A DNA stretch of 64,000 nt from a virus: positions 111,163 to 175,162 of IMG/VR virus record IMGVR_UViG_3300027810_000002; one strand, written 5' to 3'. Below are positions 1-9,790 of the stretch, piece after piece. A program made the translations under genes and the position numbers. Under the pieces are notes generated by a model. The model searched no databases and was not told where the DNA came from. It worked only from the letters and a program-made list of their open reading frames with translations. Numbering within the stretch: the first letter of the stretch is position 1; each line of letters begins with the position of its first letter.

Positions 1-988
1 CTAATAAGATTGCGTCGATTCTTGCGTTTTCTGCATCAATGTTAGCTTGTAACGTTGAGTCAGCAGCAGCATAAGCAGCTTCAACTCTTACGAAGTCAGA
101 ATTAGTAGATGCAATTTCTGCAGCTAATTCTCCTTCAACTCTTGTAAAGTCAGAGTTAGTAGAAGCGATTTCAGCAGCTAGTGCAGAATCAATTCTTGTA
201 ACGTCTCCATTAGTAGCTAAAACTTCAGCGTCTAATTCAACTCTTAAGTCAGATACTTCATCAACTAAATCTCCAGATACTTCTCCTAATCTTAAGTCAA
301 TAGAAGTAACATCAGAATTAGTAGATGCGATTTCATTGTCTAAAGCAGATTGTAATGCAGTGTCAGCTTGCTCTCTTGCTAATTCCTCAGCAGACATTTC
401 AGCGTCATGCTTAGCCTCTAAAGAAGTGAAGTCAGAGTTAGTAGCTGCAATCTCTGCAGATAATTCTCCTTCAACTCTTGTAAAGTCAGCGTTTGTTGCA
501 GCGATCTCTTGAGAGATTGCTAAGTTAATGCTTGTGAAATCTGCGTTAGTTGCAGAGATCTCATTGTTTAAGTCAACGATTACCGCTCCTAAAGCGTTAT
601 CATTTTCTAAATCAACAGCATTGATTAAAGAAACAACCTCAACGAATGTATCTTTATCAGCATCAGCTGCTAATAAGATTGCGTCGATTCTTGCATTTTC
701 TGCATCAATGTTAGATTGTAACGTTGATTCAGCACCTTCAGCTCTTGATTGTTCAGTAGATAAATCTCCTTCTAATCTAGAAACGTCTGTGTTTGTAGCT
801 GATACTTCACCAGCTAAAGCAACTTCTAAAGAGTCAATTGATGCGTCTAATTCCGTTTGAGCTGCAACTATCTCATCACCAACGTACTTTGCGATGTCAG
901 ATGTGTTTGCAATCTCAAAAGAAGATGTAGCTGCCCAGTTTACTGTGCTTAAGAAATCCTTAATTTGTTTTGAACGAATTTGTGCCAT
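1..988 (-). CDS. Coiled-coil fibre/structural protein, runs off the window start (partial; not in ORF track)
   Basis: ATG at 988 opens MAQIRSKQIKDFLSTVNW..., open to base 1; repeats EIAATNADFTRVEGEL and two copies of LQ(S/A)NIDAENARIDAILL. Confidence 0.8.
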   Translation of the reverse strand, partial: MAQIRSKQIKDFLSTVNWAATSSFEIANTSDIAKYVGDEIVAAQTELDASIDSLEVALAGEVSATNTDVSRLEGDLSTEQSRAEGAESTLQSNIDAENARIDAILLAADADKDTFVEVVSLINAVDLENDNALGAVIVDLNNEISATNADFTSINLAISQEIAATNADFTRVEGELSAEIAATNSDFTSLEAKHDAEMSAEELAREQADTALQSALDNEIASTNSDVTSIDLRLGEVSGDLVDEVSDLRVELDAEVLATNGDVTRIDSALAAEIASTNSDFTRVEGELAAEIASTNSDFVRVEAAYAAADSTLQANIDAENARIDAILL

Positions 989-1173
989 ATTATTTTATTT
1001 ATTATATTTTGGCCTAACAACCTTATTGTCGTTAGTGAATTATATATTCTTGTTAAGTTGTAATAATTGTCATATTTGGACGTAATATGTTAATAGAATT
1101 CAAAAAATTGGGTTTTTCCCATTTTCCCTATTAAAGATGAGGTATACGTGTGCACACGTGAATTAGGATATTA

Positions 1174-2427
1174 TTACCTTAGATCGTCGGATTTTGCTTC
1201 GTATATTAAATTGATCTCGTCTCCGATTTCTAATTCATACCCTGCAATATCTCCATTCCAATATAATTGATCTCCTGATCTAATCTCTTCAACGCTTGCA
1301 GCCGCTAATCCGCTATTACCTGAAAAATACGCGTCTTTGTCTTTAGTTCCATCTCCAACTTCAACACTAAGTCCGTTTACTTCAACCATAACATAAGAAT
1401 CTTGATATGGTGAATACGTTATTAGTATTCCTGTTGCAGAATGATTTCCTACAGATGCTGATGGGTTTATATTCTTATCAACGTACGTTAAGATACCACT
1501 TTCACTAGCAGCTCCGCCTCCTTCAAAATTAAAAGTGCTTCCGGCAGCATGTGCATCTAGCGTATATGTTACTTCTTGATCTATTTCCCATTCTGTTTTT
1601 GTAACACCAGGCCCTGCTGATGCCGCTTCCATTGTTACATGTACCTTTATACCATCGCTGTCATCGTCAATTCCATTTCCCGAGGTAATATCAACTCTTT
1701 CCCATGTCTCTATTTTATAAATAGCGTACAGGTTTGAATCCGATTGATCTATTATTGTAATTACTCCACTTATTTTATCATTAGTTATTCTTTTCTCTAA
1801 AAAGTTTTCTAGAGTTGTTAATCTAGTGTTGTTTGAATTTAAGTTTCTAAATATTATAGTTTTAACTGCCATTGGGTAATGGGAATCAACTGTTAAATAC
1901 CCAGGTGCCGTTGGATTAGAACCATCGATCTCTTGTATTGTAAACGTTCCCGTACTAGAAGGTGCTTGTATTATTGTAGTAGTTCCTCCACCTGTTTCTC
2001 CAGATGGATCTCCATTGTCTATTACTGGATTGTTAATAACGTCTCCAAGTAATAGTCTTGGGAATACGTAGTTTTTAGGTTGCGGATAATAGTTTTCGTA
2101 GTATACGCTTATCTGTGCATATAATCTACCAGATGACAAGTGAGTTGAGTTAGTTTCGTTAATATTAAAACTTATTTTACCTGTATCGTCTACTAAATCA
2201 ACGTCTAAATCAACAGAAACTCCTGAAATAGAAGGTCTTGAAAATTGCAAAACTTTTTTATCTTCAACGTAAAGAGCAACATTAAATGATGTTGGTTGAT
2301 TTAAATTCAATACAGATCCTATAAAATCTTTATATAATATGATATCATATGTCTGTGAATTTCCTTGAATGAAGTTTGATCCCCCGTCAATAAATGCTAT
2401 TATATCGTCCTTTGCTACGTAAGCCAT
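1174..2427 (-). CDS. Probable virion structural protein
   Basis: 417 aa, beta-strand/Gly-rich composition, next to fibre gene, late-type GAATATATA motif upstream. Confidence 0.55.
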   Translation of the reverse strand: MAYVAKDDIIAFIDGGSNFIQGNSQTYDIILYKDFIGSVLNLNQPTSFNVALYVEDKKVLQFSRPSISGVSVDLDVDLVDDTGKISFNINETNSTHLSSGRLYAQISVYYENYYPQPKNYVFPRLLLGDVINNPVIDNGDPSGETGGGTTTIIQAPSSTGTFTIQEIDGSNPTAPGYLTVDSHYPMAVKTIIFRNLNSNNTRLTTLENFLEKRITNDKISGVITIIDQSDSNLYAIYKIETWERVDITSGNGIDDDSDGIKVHVTMEAASAGPGVTKTEWEIDQEVTYTLDAHAAGSTFNFEGGGAASESGILTYVDKNINPSASVGNHSATGILITYSPYQDSYVMVEVNGLSVEVGDGTKDKDAYFSGNSGLAAASVEEIRSGDQLYWNGDIAGYELEIGDEINLIYEAKSDDLR

Positions 2428-2469
2428 TTCTATTAAGTATTTTTTATATATATTCTTTTAAATTTAACT

Positions 2470-3156
2470 TTATTTTGTTAATTTATTATAAAGTGAATAT
2501 CGCAGAACTGGTAATATACATCCTTCTAAATCTTCTTTTAACTTATGGTCTACTCTCCAAAACCTATTATCATCCGATTTTAATTTTAAATTAGTAACAT
2601 AGTCTATCATTTCTGGAATTCCAGATAATTCAATGTCTACATTTTTTAGTTGCATATCTTTCCACTCCCCTACTAATCTATAAGGATTATTATAAGAATA
2701 AGTTAATATATTATTATGATTTTTGTTTATTAGAAAAACTATTCCTTTTGTTTTAGTAGGCATTTTATGAGGAATCTCAGTGATTATCATTTTTGACATG
2801 ATTGCTCTCCACTTAACTCTTACCATTCTGAATAATGCTTCGAATTCTTCTATTGCAATTTCTACTAAATTATATATGTGAAATATTTCGTCTTGGGAAT
2901 CTGGGTATTCGTAATCTAACGACATCGTGTCTAGATTAATACCTGTAAGAACCTTTAATCTATCATCGATTTCACTCTTTTGGTTCTTGAGTTTATATAA
3001 GTCTTCTAACTGATATTCAACTTCAATAAGTGCGTCATAGATCAATCCGGCCTTGATCATAGATTTTATCTTTTGAGTTGCCCCTAAAAGTTTATATCTT
3101 TTTAATTCAAAGTCGAAAGGTAAATCTGTAAGCCAATTCTTTTCTAATACGTTCAT
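2470..3156 (-). CDS. Hypothetical protein
   Basis: 228-aa ORF in co-oriented gene run. Confidence 0.7.
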   Translation of the reverse strand: MNVLEKNWLTDLPFDFELKRYKLLGATQKIKSMIKAGLIYDALIEVEYQLEDLYKLKNQKSEIDDRLKVLTGINLDTMSLDYEYPDSQDEIFHIYNLVEIAIEEFEALFRMVRVKWRAIMSKMIITEIPHKMPTKTKGIVFLINKNHNNILTYSYNNPYRLVGEWKDMQLKNVDIELSGIPEMIDYVTNLKLKSDDNRFWRVDHKLKEDLEGCILPVLRYSLYNKLTK

Positions 3157-3207
3157 GAATATATTTATTCATATTTTTCTCGAGTATTAGTAAAAATTAA
3201 ACTTATA

Positions 3208-3522
3208 TTATAAAGTTTTTTTGTTTTTATTTTCTTCTTTAGTATTACTTTGTTTATTTAAACTAGTATTACTAAGGGTAAGTCCCCACTGTAGAATAAA
3301 CCATTGAGCTTCTTTGATCGCCATAAATTTATTTATTTTTAAAACTTCTCTAATCCTATTAACACAGTGTTCGATAAAGGCGTCTTCTTCCACCTTGGTT
3401 GTCTTGTATTCCATGTACCATTGTGGATTATTTTTAACATCCTCATACGTTACATTGTGTGGTTTTAACTGCTCGTTAATTAATTCAACGAAAAGCTCTT
3501 TTGTTTTTTCTCGCTTTGTCAT
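3208..3522 (-). CDS. Hypothetical protein
   Basis: 104-aa ORF in co-oriented run. Confidence 0.65.
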   Translation of the reverse strand: MTKREKTKELFVELINEQLKPHNVTYEDVKNNPQWYMEYKTTKVEEDAFIEHCVNRIREVLKINKFMAIKEAQWFILQWGLTLSNTSLNKQSNTKEENKNKKTL

Positions 3523-3547
3523 ATTACTTTATTATTTTATTAATATA

Positions 3548-3742
3548 TTATAATGATATAAGAGTAGCAAAAGCATCTCTATCACTGAGTCCTATAAAGT
3601 CATCAATTAATAGAGATACCATTACTGCATCGTTCATCGGATTGAAAGAAACTTCTACAGGTTCTATTAGATTATTATAATCCTTTAATATCGTATTAAG
3701 ATACTCTAATTTTTCTTGTTTAACGTAAAAATATACTTTCAT
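3548..3742 (-). CDS. Hypothetical protein
   Basis: 64-aa ORF in co-oriented run. Confidence 0.55.
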   Translation of the reverse strand: MKVYFYVKQEKLEYLNTILKDYNNLIEPVEVSFNPMNDAVMVSLLIDDFIGLSDRDAFATLISL

Positions 3743-3759
3743 AATCCTATACTATTATA

Positions 3760-4428
3760 TTATCTTTTTTTAATAATCTCATCAATGATCCCGTACTTCT
3801 TAGCTTCAGCAGCACTCAACCAGAAATCTCTAGTAGCGTCTTTCATTACTACCTCAGGCTTTTTACCACAGTATTCTCCTAATAAAACAAACAACTCTTT
3901 GTTTACATCTTGCCAGTTTTTCCAATCAATCTCAGCATCCTGTATATTTCCACTGAAACCCCCAGAAGACTGGTGTAACATTGTTGTGGAGTGCTTTAGT
4001 GACATTCTCTTACCTTTAGTTCCTGCTCCTAATAATACTGAACCCATTGATGCGGCCATCCCTGTGTTGATCGTACGTATATCACACTTAATGTAATCCA
4101 TAACATCTACCATAGAAAGTCCTGATTTAACAGAACCTCCTGGCGAATCAATATGCATTGTGATATCTCCCTCTGAAGTCGTATCTAAAAACATTAATTG
4201 AGCTTGTACTATTGTAGACATATTGTCATTAACTGGACCAGCGACCCATAGTAATCTATCCATCATCAATCTTGAAAAGATATCCATCTGAGTTGCTCTC
4301 AATTCTCTTTCCTCTAAAATATAAGGAGTCATCGAGTTTTCAATCTGCTTTTCATAATAGTTCATGTTAGAAGAACTAACGTTGTGATCGCTTATCGCGT
4401 ACTTTTTAAACTCGTTACTGTAATTCAT
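3760..4428 (-). CDS. clpP: ATP-dependent Clp protease proteolytic subunit
   Basis: DIFSRL, IDSPGGSV, GMAASMG (catalytic Ser), MLHQ (His), RDFWLSAAEAKKYGIIDE. Confidence 0.95.
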   Translation of the reverse strand: MNYSNEFKKYAISDHNVSSSNMNYYEKQIENSMTPYILEERELRATQMDIFSRLMMDRLLWVAGPVNDNMSTIVQAQLMFLDTTSEGDITMHIDSPGGSVKSGLSMVDVMDYIKCDIRTINTGMAASMGSVLLGAGTKGKRMSLKHSTTMLHQSSGGFSGNIQDAEIDWKNWQDVNKELFVLLGEYCGKKPEVVMKDATRDFWLSAAEAKKYGIIDEIIKKR

Positions 4429-4726
4429 ATTCTTTAATTAAGTTTGTTATTTTTTCACAGGCTTCATACTCTTCCTGTTCTTTATAGTATTGTAATGACA
4501 TTAACAATGATTTCGCGTACCCTTCTTTTTCTAACTTAGCTTCCATAGTGGTTCCGTCAGTATCTACAAAATAGCATAAAATATTTATTTCATAATTACT
4601 TTTTATATTAAAATCTATAAACTCTATCATTCTTTTATAGAACGCGTCAGTATCTATTACTGGCCCGTGCTTAGATTCTAAGAAACCATTATCGTGTATA
4701 TCAAAGTATGGTATTTCTCCTATCAT
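4415..4726 (-). CDS. Small protein with C-terminal UVR-like helix (possible Clp adaptor)
   Basis: EQEEYEACEKITNLI resembles the UVR motif; overlaps clpP start. Confidence 0.45.
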   Translation of the reverse strand: MIGEIPYFDIHDNGFLESKHGPVIDTDAFYKRMIEFIDFNIKSNYEINILCYFVDTDGTTMEAKLEKEGYAKSLLMSLQYYKEQEEYEACEKITNLIKEYELQ

Positions 4727-4730
4727 AATA

Positions 4731-5585
4731 TTATGTTAATCTAATATTAAGATATTCTCTTAATATATTATTATATGTTATTTGTTTACTTTTATTTCCA
4801 ACAGCTTCATTAATATCTTTCATGAAATTAATACCATATTCTGTTAATAACATATTATCTTTCGTAAGATTGAATAAAGGATTTTCAATATTCATTGTGT
4901 AATTACTACCTTGCTTTTCGCTTTCTGATACAATTTTAGAAGACATATCAAAATGTCTTTCGTAAAAATGAATATTATCTGCACAGTGGTAGTATGTTCC
5001 TAGTTCTAATTCTGGGTAAGTTTCTAATAACCACAATCTCATATGTTGGTGTATGAAACTAAAGTAAGGTGCATCGAATGTAAGGCCATAGAATATATCA
5101 TTAGATCTCATTTGAACTTTCATATTCAATTTATTGTCTCTAATAAAAAAGTTGAGATACATTGTACATACAAAATCTTTATTACCTTCAAATTGAAATT
5201 TAGGTTGGTTTAAGAATGATATTGCTTGTCTTGTATTCTTGTCTGACTTTAAAGAATCTAATGCCCATTGTAATTGGCCACCTAATAATAGGTAACCGTA
5301 ATTAGAATTGATCTCATTAGAATTTGGATTAGTTAAAGTAGACCACATTCCTGAAAATTGACCAATGTAATCTACATCACGATCTCTATTAAGATACCAG
5401 CACAACTCTCCACCGAAATATTTCCAATTAAAAGATCTGCTATCAAAATGCGCAATCGTTTGTGTAGGATCAAACTCTAGGGTTTGAACAGTAAGTTCCT
5501 TAACCTTCATATCTCGAGGTTGAGAAACACTACCGTCATGTTCTATATCTAAAATTAAATCTTTGAATTTATCGTTAAATGTCAT
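4731..5585 (-). CDS. dCMP hydroxymethylase (T4 gp42-like thymidylate synthase family)
   Basis: ELCWY, EINSNYG, DFVCT, IRDNKLN, MRSND..GLTFD (Asp where ThyA has Asn), HFYERHF; these match gp42 motifs as recalled. Confidence 0.85.
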   Translation of the reverse strand: MTFNDKFKDLILDIEHDGSVSQPRDMKVKELTVQTLEFDPTQTIAHFDSRSFNWKYFGGELCWYLNRDRDVDYIGQFSGMWSTLTNPNSNEINSNYGYLLLGGQLQWALDSLKSDKNTRQAISFLNQPKFQFEGNKDFVCTMYLNFFIRDNKLNMKVQMRSNDIFYGLTFDAPYFSFIHQHMRLWLLETYPELELGTYYHCADNIHFYERHFDMSSKIVSESEKQGSNYTMNIENPLFNLTKDNMLLTEYGINFMKDINEAVGNKSKQITYNNILREYLNIRLT

Positions 5586-5623
5586 ATATTATATTATTAA
5601 AGTAACTTACTAATATTATACTA

Positions 5624-7600
5624 CTATTTTAAAGAAAGTTTATCTTCTCCTTTTTTATGCGATATTGAATAAACCTTAGTTCCCATTACCATTTTCTTAT
5701 CTATGATAGCGTCTGCTAAAATATCTTCTACATAATTTTGAACTGCTCTTTTTAGAGGACGTGCTCCATATAGTGGATCATATCCTTGTTCTGCTAAGAA
5801 TGCTTTTGCAGGTTTATTGATTTTAATGGAATATCCTTGTTTTTCTAATCTAGTGATAACTTTATTTAATTCAATATCTACAATCTCCATCATATTATCT
5901 TTGCTTAAAGAATTAAATAAGATCATGTCATCTAATCTATTTAAGAATTCAGGTGCAAACTTATTTTTAAGTTCTTTTCTGATAATAGATTCTACATGAG
6001 ATTTCTGAGTAGCCATTGAACTATGACTTTCAAATCCTATTCCTGCTCCGAAGTCTGAAACTTTCTTAGCACCTACGTTTGATGTCATTATAATAATAGT
6101 ATTAGTGAAATCTACGGTTCTTCCTAGAGAATCTGTTAATCTACCCTCGTCTAATACTTGCAATAGTGTATTGAATGTATCTGGATGTGCTTTTTCAACC
6201 TCATCAAATAATACAACCGAATAAGGTTTACGTCTTACTTGTTCTGTTAATTGTCCACCACTCTCATGTCCAACATATCCAGGAGGAGATCCGATTAATT
6301 TAGAAACATTAAACTTTTCTTGATATTCTGACATATCAATTCTAATAATAGAATCTTCATCGCCAAAATAATAGTTTGCTAAAGCTTTAACTGTTTCTGT
6401 TTTACCAACTCCAGTAGGACCAATAAACATAAAAGAACCGATTGGTTTTTTAGATGAACTAACACCGGCTCTAGATCTTTTAATTACTTTACATAATCCA
6501 GTAACTGCAGTATCTTGTCCGATTATCATTGACTTAAGTTTAGCTTCCATGTCTGTAATTACTTTACTTTCGTCGTCTGTCATTCTAGAAATTGGAATTC
6601 CAGTTGCATCTGAAATTGTTTCAGCGATATCATCATATGTTACAGGGCGTCTGTTAATTCTTAAATCACTTTGCCAATCCGCAATAGTTTTATCAATAAG
6701 ATCTCTTTGTTTTATTTCAGCGTCTCTGTATTTTGCTGCTTTTTCATAATCTTGTTCTTCGACTGCAGATAGTTTTTGAGACTTTACTACTTCAATATTT
6801 TTCTCAGCCTCTTTAATATTTTCTGGCATTTTAACCTGAGATAGGTGTACTTTTGCGCCAGCTTCATCCATTAAATCGATTGCTTTGTCTGGTAATTCTC
6901 TAGAAGTAACATATCTATCAGAAAGTTCAACACATGCTTTCAGTGCTTCATCTGTATATTCTACTGCGTGATATTCTTCGTAGTTATCTTTAATTCTATT
7001 TAAGATCTCGATAGAATCTTCAATTGAAGGTGGATCAATAAAAACTTCTTGGAATCTTCTAGTAAGTGCTCCATCAGTTTCTATATTTTCTCTGTATTCA
7101 TCGAGGGTTGTTGCGCCAATACACTGTACCTGTCCTCTTGCAAGAGCTGGTTTTAAAATATTACTAGCATCTAAAGAACCGCTAACTCCACCAGCTCCTA
7201 CCATTGTGTGAATCTCATCAACAAAGATTATAATATCCGGATTAGCCTTTAGCTCATCAACAATCTTTTTCATTCTCTCTTCAAATTCTCCACGGTATTT
7301 AGTACCTGCCACAATCGTCGACATATTTAAAGAGATTACTCTTTTACCTGTAAGCGTCATTGCTACTTTTTTATCAACAATTCTTTGTGCTATAGCCTCG
7401 ACCAGCGCCGTTTTACCTACACCAGGATCTCCTAATATAATTGGGTTGTTCTTCTTTCTTCTAGAAAGGATTTGACAAATTCTATAAACCTCTTTGTCTC
7501 TTCCAATAATAGGATCTAATTTACCCTCAGCTGCTTGAGCTGTTAAGTCTTCTCCAAATTGATCTATTAACGGTGTTTTTGCTTGTTTCTTATTTGCCAT
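5624..7600 (-). CDS. ClpC/ClpA-family AAA+ unfoldase lacking the N-terminal domain
   Basis: Two Walker A motifs (GDPGVGKT, GPTGVGKT), GTKYRGEFEER, UVR M-domain (QDYEKAAKYRD), GIGF ClpP-docking loop, GARPLKR. Confidence 0.92.
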   Translation of the reverse strand: MANKKQAKTPLIDQFGEDLTAQAAEGKLDPIIGRDKEVYRICQILSRRKKNNPIILGDPGVGKTALVEAIAQRIVDKKVAMTLTGKRVISLNMSTIVAGTKYRGEFEERMKKIVDELKANPDIIIFVDEIHTMVGAGGVSGSLDASNILKPALARGQVQCIGATTLDEYRENIETDGALTRRFQEVFIDPPSIEDSIEILNRIKDNYEEYHAVEYTDEALKACVELSDRYVTSRELPDKAIDLMDEAGAKVHLSQVKMPENIKEAEKNIEVVKSQKLSAVEEQDYEKAAKYRDAEIKQRDLIDKTIADWQSDLRINRRPVTYDDIAETISDATGIPISRMTDDESKVITDMEAKLKSMIIGQDTAVTGLCKVIKRSRAGVSSSKKPIGSFMFIGPTGVGKTETVKALANYYFGDEDSIIRIDMSEYQEKFNVSKLIGSPPGYVGHESGGQLTEQVRRKPYSVVLFDEVEKAHPDTFNTLLQVLDEGRLTDSLGRTVDFTNTIIIMTSNVGAKKVSDFGAGIGFESHSSMATQKSHVESIIRKELKNKFAPEFLNRLDDMILFNSLSKDNMMEIVDIELNKVITRLEKQGYSIKINKPAKAFLAEQGYDPLYGARPLKRAVQNYVEDILADAIIDKKMVMGTKVYSISHKKGEDKLSLK

Positions 7601-7661
7601 GTTCTTAATTAGTATTTATAGTTATTATAACGAATAAACTGGATTTGTTTATTTATTAGTG

Positions 7662-7695
7662 AAAAAAAAAGAGCCAGTGGTTAACTAGCTCTTTT
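7662..7695 (-). terminator. Rho-independent terminator
   Basis: AAAAGAGCTAGT-loop-ACTGGCTC followed by T9 on the - strand. Confidence 0.7.
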
Positions 7696-7778
7696 ATAAA
7701 AATCTATGTGGTTAAATGAATCTAACGCAGCACTGTTAAATATCGTTCTGATTTATATATCTATTTTTTACGAGCAAT

Positions 7779-7994
7779 TTAAAAATTTACAGATCTCATA
7801 GTACATTGAGAACAAACTACAGCTGAGGTATTTTCAGTTACTTCTGTCCATTCTTTACATCGAGTCTCACCGTCGTTTGGCGCCCACTGAGGATATCTGC
7901 TTTCTTCCAAATCGGAATTCATACAAATCATCGTGATAGTTTTGTCGGTCTTTTTAGTTTTCCAAACTTTCGTCATCTTTTTCTTCTTGGTCAT
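7779..7994 (-). CDS. Small Cys-containing hypothetical protein
   Basis: 71 aa with CSQC; AAAC-N17-TATAAT promoter at ~8014-8041. Confidence 0.6.
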   Translation of the reverse strand: MTKKKKMTKVWKTKKTDKTITMICMNSDLEESRYPQWAPNDGETRCKEWTEVTENTSAVVCSQCTMRSVNF

Positions 7995-8049
7995 AATATA
8001 TTATTATTTGATTATTATACTTAAATATTACCTTTTGTTTCTATTTTAT

Positions 8050-9100
8050 TATTCCTTAATTCTCAGAGTTGTTAGAGTTATTCATAGGATTCTTTGGGGG
8101 AATTAAAAATTTTTATTTTTGCAGCTTCTCATTTATTCCACCTCCACCTTCTTTATTATTTACTTAAAGTAGTTTAAACGTTATTCAAAGTCTGGGAAAA
8201 TAATTTTCAGCAACATTCAAAAACTAAAAAAACCCAAAAACCCAAATCAATACCAACACTATATCGTAGGTTCCCACTCACAGGTTAGGATCCCTAGAAG
8301 AACCCTCAGCCTAGGAGGTACCCTCGGAGAAAATATCAGGGGGTGTTCCACCCAACCTCTCACGTCACACTTGGGGACCGCAGGGGATGGACCCCACTAG
8401 TACACACACCACTCTGAAGAACCCTCTTTAAAAGTTGGCGCAGAGTACATGTGAGATTTGGGTTTTTCCCTTTTTTCTTCCAAGCCCTCTTATACTTACT
8501 AGTCCTTATAGAATACTATAGAATATTTCTTTTATATCTTATAGGTTCTCTATCCTGATAGAACAAGTAGACGGCGCCAACCTGCCTTTTTCGGGGTGCT
8601 TTCTTTTTGGGTTATTTGAGGGGTACTTTAAAAGGGGACTGTGAGTGCTTGGAACCGATGTGAGTGCTTAGATCCTCTGATTGTAGTGAGTGCTTGGAGT
8701 TGGCCTCTCCCTCCCTATTCAACCTTCAAGCTTAAAGACATAAGTTATATTCACAGGTACCAGATTTGTTTCATAATTTGTAAACTTTTTTTATTAACAG
8801 TTCTCGGAGGGTACTAGGAAGAGGGCGCCCCGCCCGACGGGGTCTAGGGGGTCACTCCCACCCGGGGGATATTTCGGGGACTGGAGCACTTTCGCGGTTA
8901 TATTATTGAGTGTAGGGGGATGGGATCCTTAGAGGGTACCTCTGAGATCTCAAAGAGTACTCCCCATTGGTTTGGAAGGGTTCTTTTCCCGGGAGACCAG
9001 ATGGTGCCCATTGAGTAAAGTGTTTTTTGATATATGTTTATTATTAATAGTAGTCATAGCCCTTGACCCCCCTCCCCTGGAGCCATGGTAAATTCAGGAA
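8050..9100. other. GC-rich non-coding island (candidate origin, terminus or large ncRNA)
   Basis: No credible ORF; C-rich left arm, AT-rich core, G-rich right arm; many palindromes and hairpins. Confidence 0.55.
8641..8695 (+). repeat. Three iteron-like GTGAGTGCTT direct repeats
   Basis: Exact 10-mers at 8641, 8660 and 8686. Confidence 0.8.
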
Positions 9101-9550
9101 CTATCTCCTGAACTTGGGTATTTGCGGCTTTGGTACTTTGGGTGTTGGAGTCCCCCCAAGCTTGGGTACGTTCGGCGTGGGTTGGTTGGCTTTGGGTCTT
9201 TGAGCCGTTGGAGAGCCTGGAGCGCCTGGGCTTGCGGGTTGCCCCTTGCCTGGTTGGCCGTCAGGATTCATGGTACTCTGCATCTTGTCGCTTGCCTTAC
9301 CCATGGCATAGTTCCACGCTTTGTCTTTAGCCCACTCTTTTCCACGACTCCACTTGTCCCCTACCCAGTCGCTAAATCCGCGCTCAGGTGCTTCCCCAGC
9401 ATTGACCTGAGGGGGTGCTACAGGGGTTGCCTTGGGCCTGTTGATCGAGGGCTTCCCTAGGGAGCTCTTTTGATTAGCCTGAGTGTTAGCCCCCTGGGTG
9501 TTACTCTGTACCTGTGAGTTTAATTTAGCTTGTGGGCTCTGGTTGATCAT
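9101..9550 (-). CDS. Pro/Gln-rich low-complexity hypothetical protein
   Basis: 149 aa, GC-rich codons unlike the rest of the window. Confidence 0.5.
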   Translation of the reverse strand: MINQSPQAKLNSQVQSNTQGANTQANQKSSLGKPSINRPKATPVAPPQVNAGEAPERGFSDWVGDKWSRGKEWAKDKAWNYAMGKASDKMQSTMNPDGQPGKGQPASPGAPGSPTAQRPKANQPTPNVPKLGGTPTPKVPKPQIPKFRR

Positions 9551-9790
9551 AGGTTAACTGGTCTAGTTGTTGATTTAGTTTAGGTATAGACTTGTCATAG
9601 GGGTTGGATAGCTTAAGTGCTATAATACGATTTCTTAACTCTACTATCTGGTCTTGCTTGTTCATACTCTCTATTTGGTTTTAATTAGGTTCTTTATTCA
9701 TGCCCCCAGGTGGTTCACTCTGGGAACACTATATAGGGGTCACCTATTAGTTACTATAGGTTATATATAAGTGACCCACCGGGGTGACCC

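Noticed and set aside
528-1085. + strand ORFs 528-860 and 894-1085
   Set aside because: Antisense to the real - strand gene starting at 988
9122-9460. + strand ORFs of 112 and 66 aa
   Set aside because: By-products of locally high GC, antisense to 9101-9550
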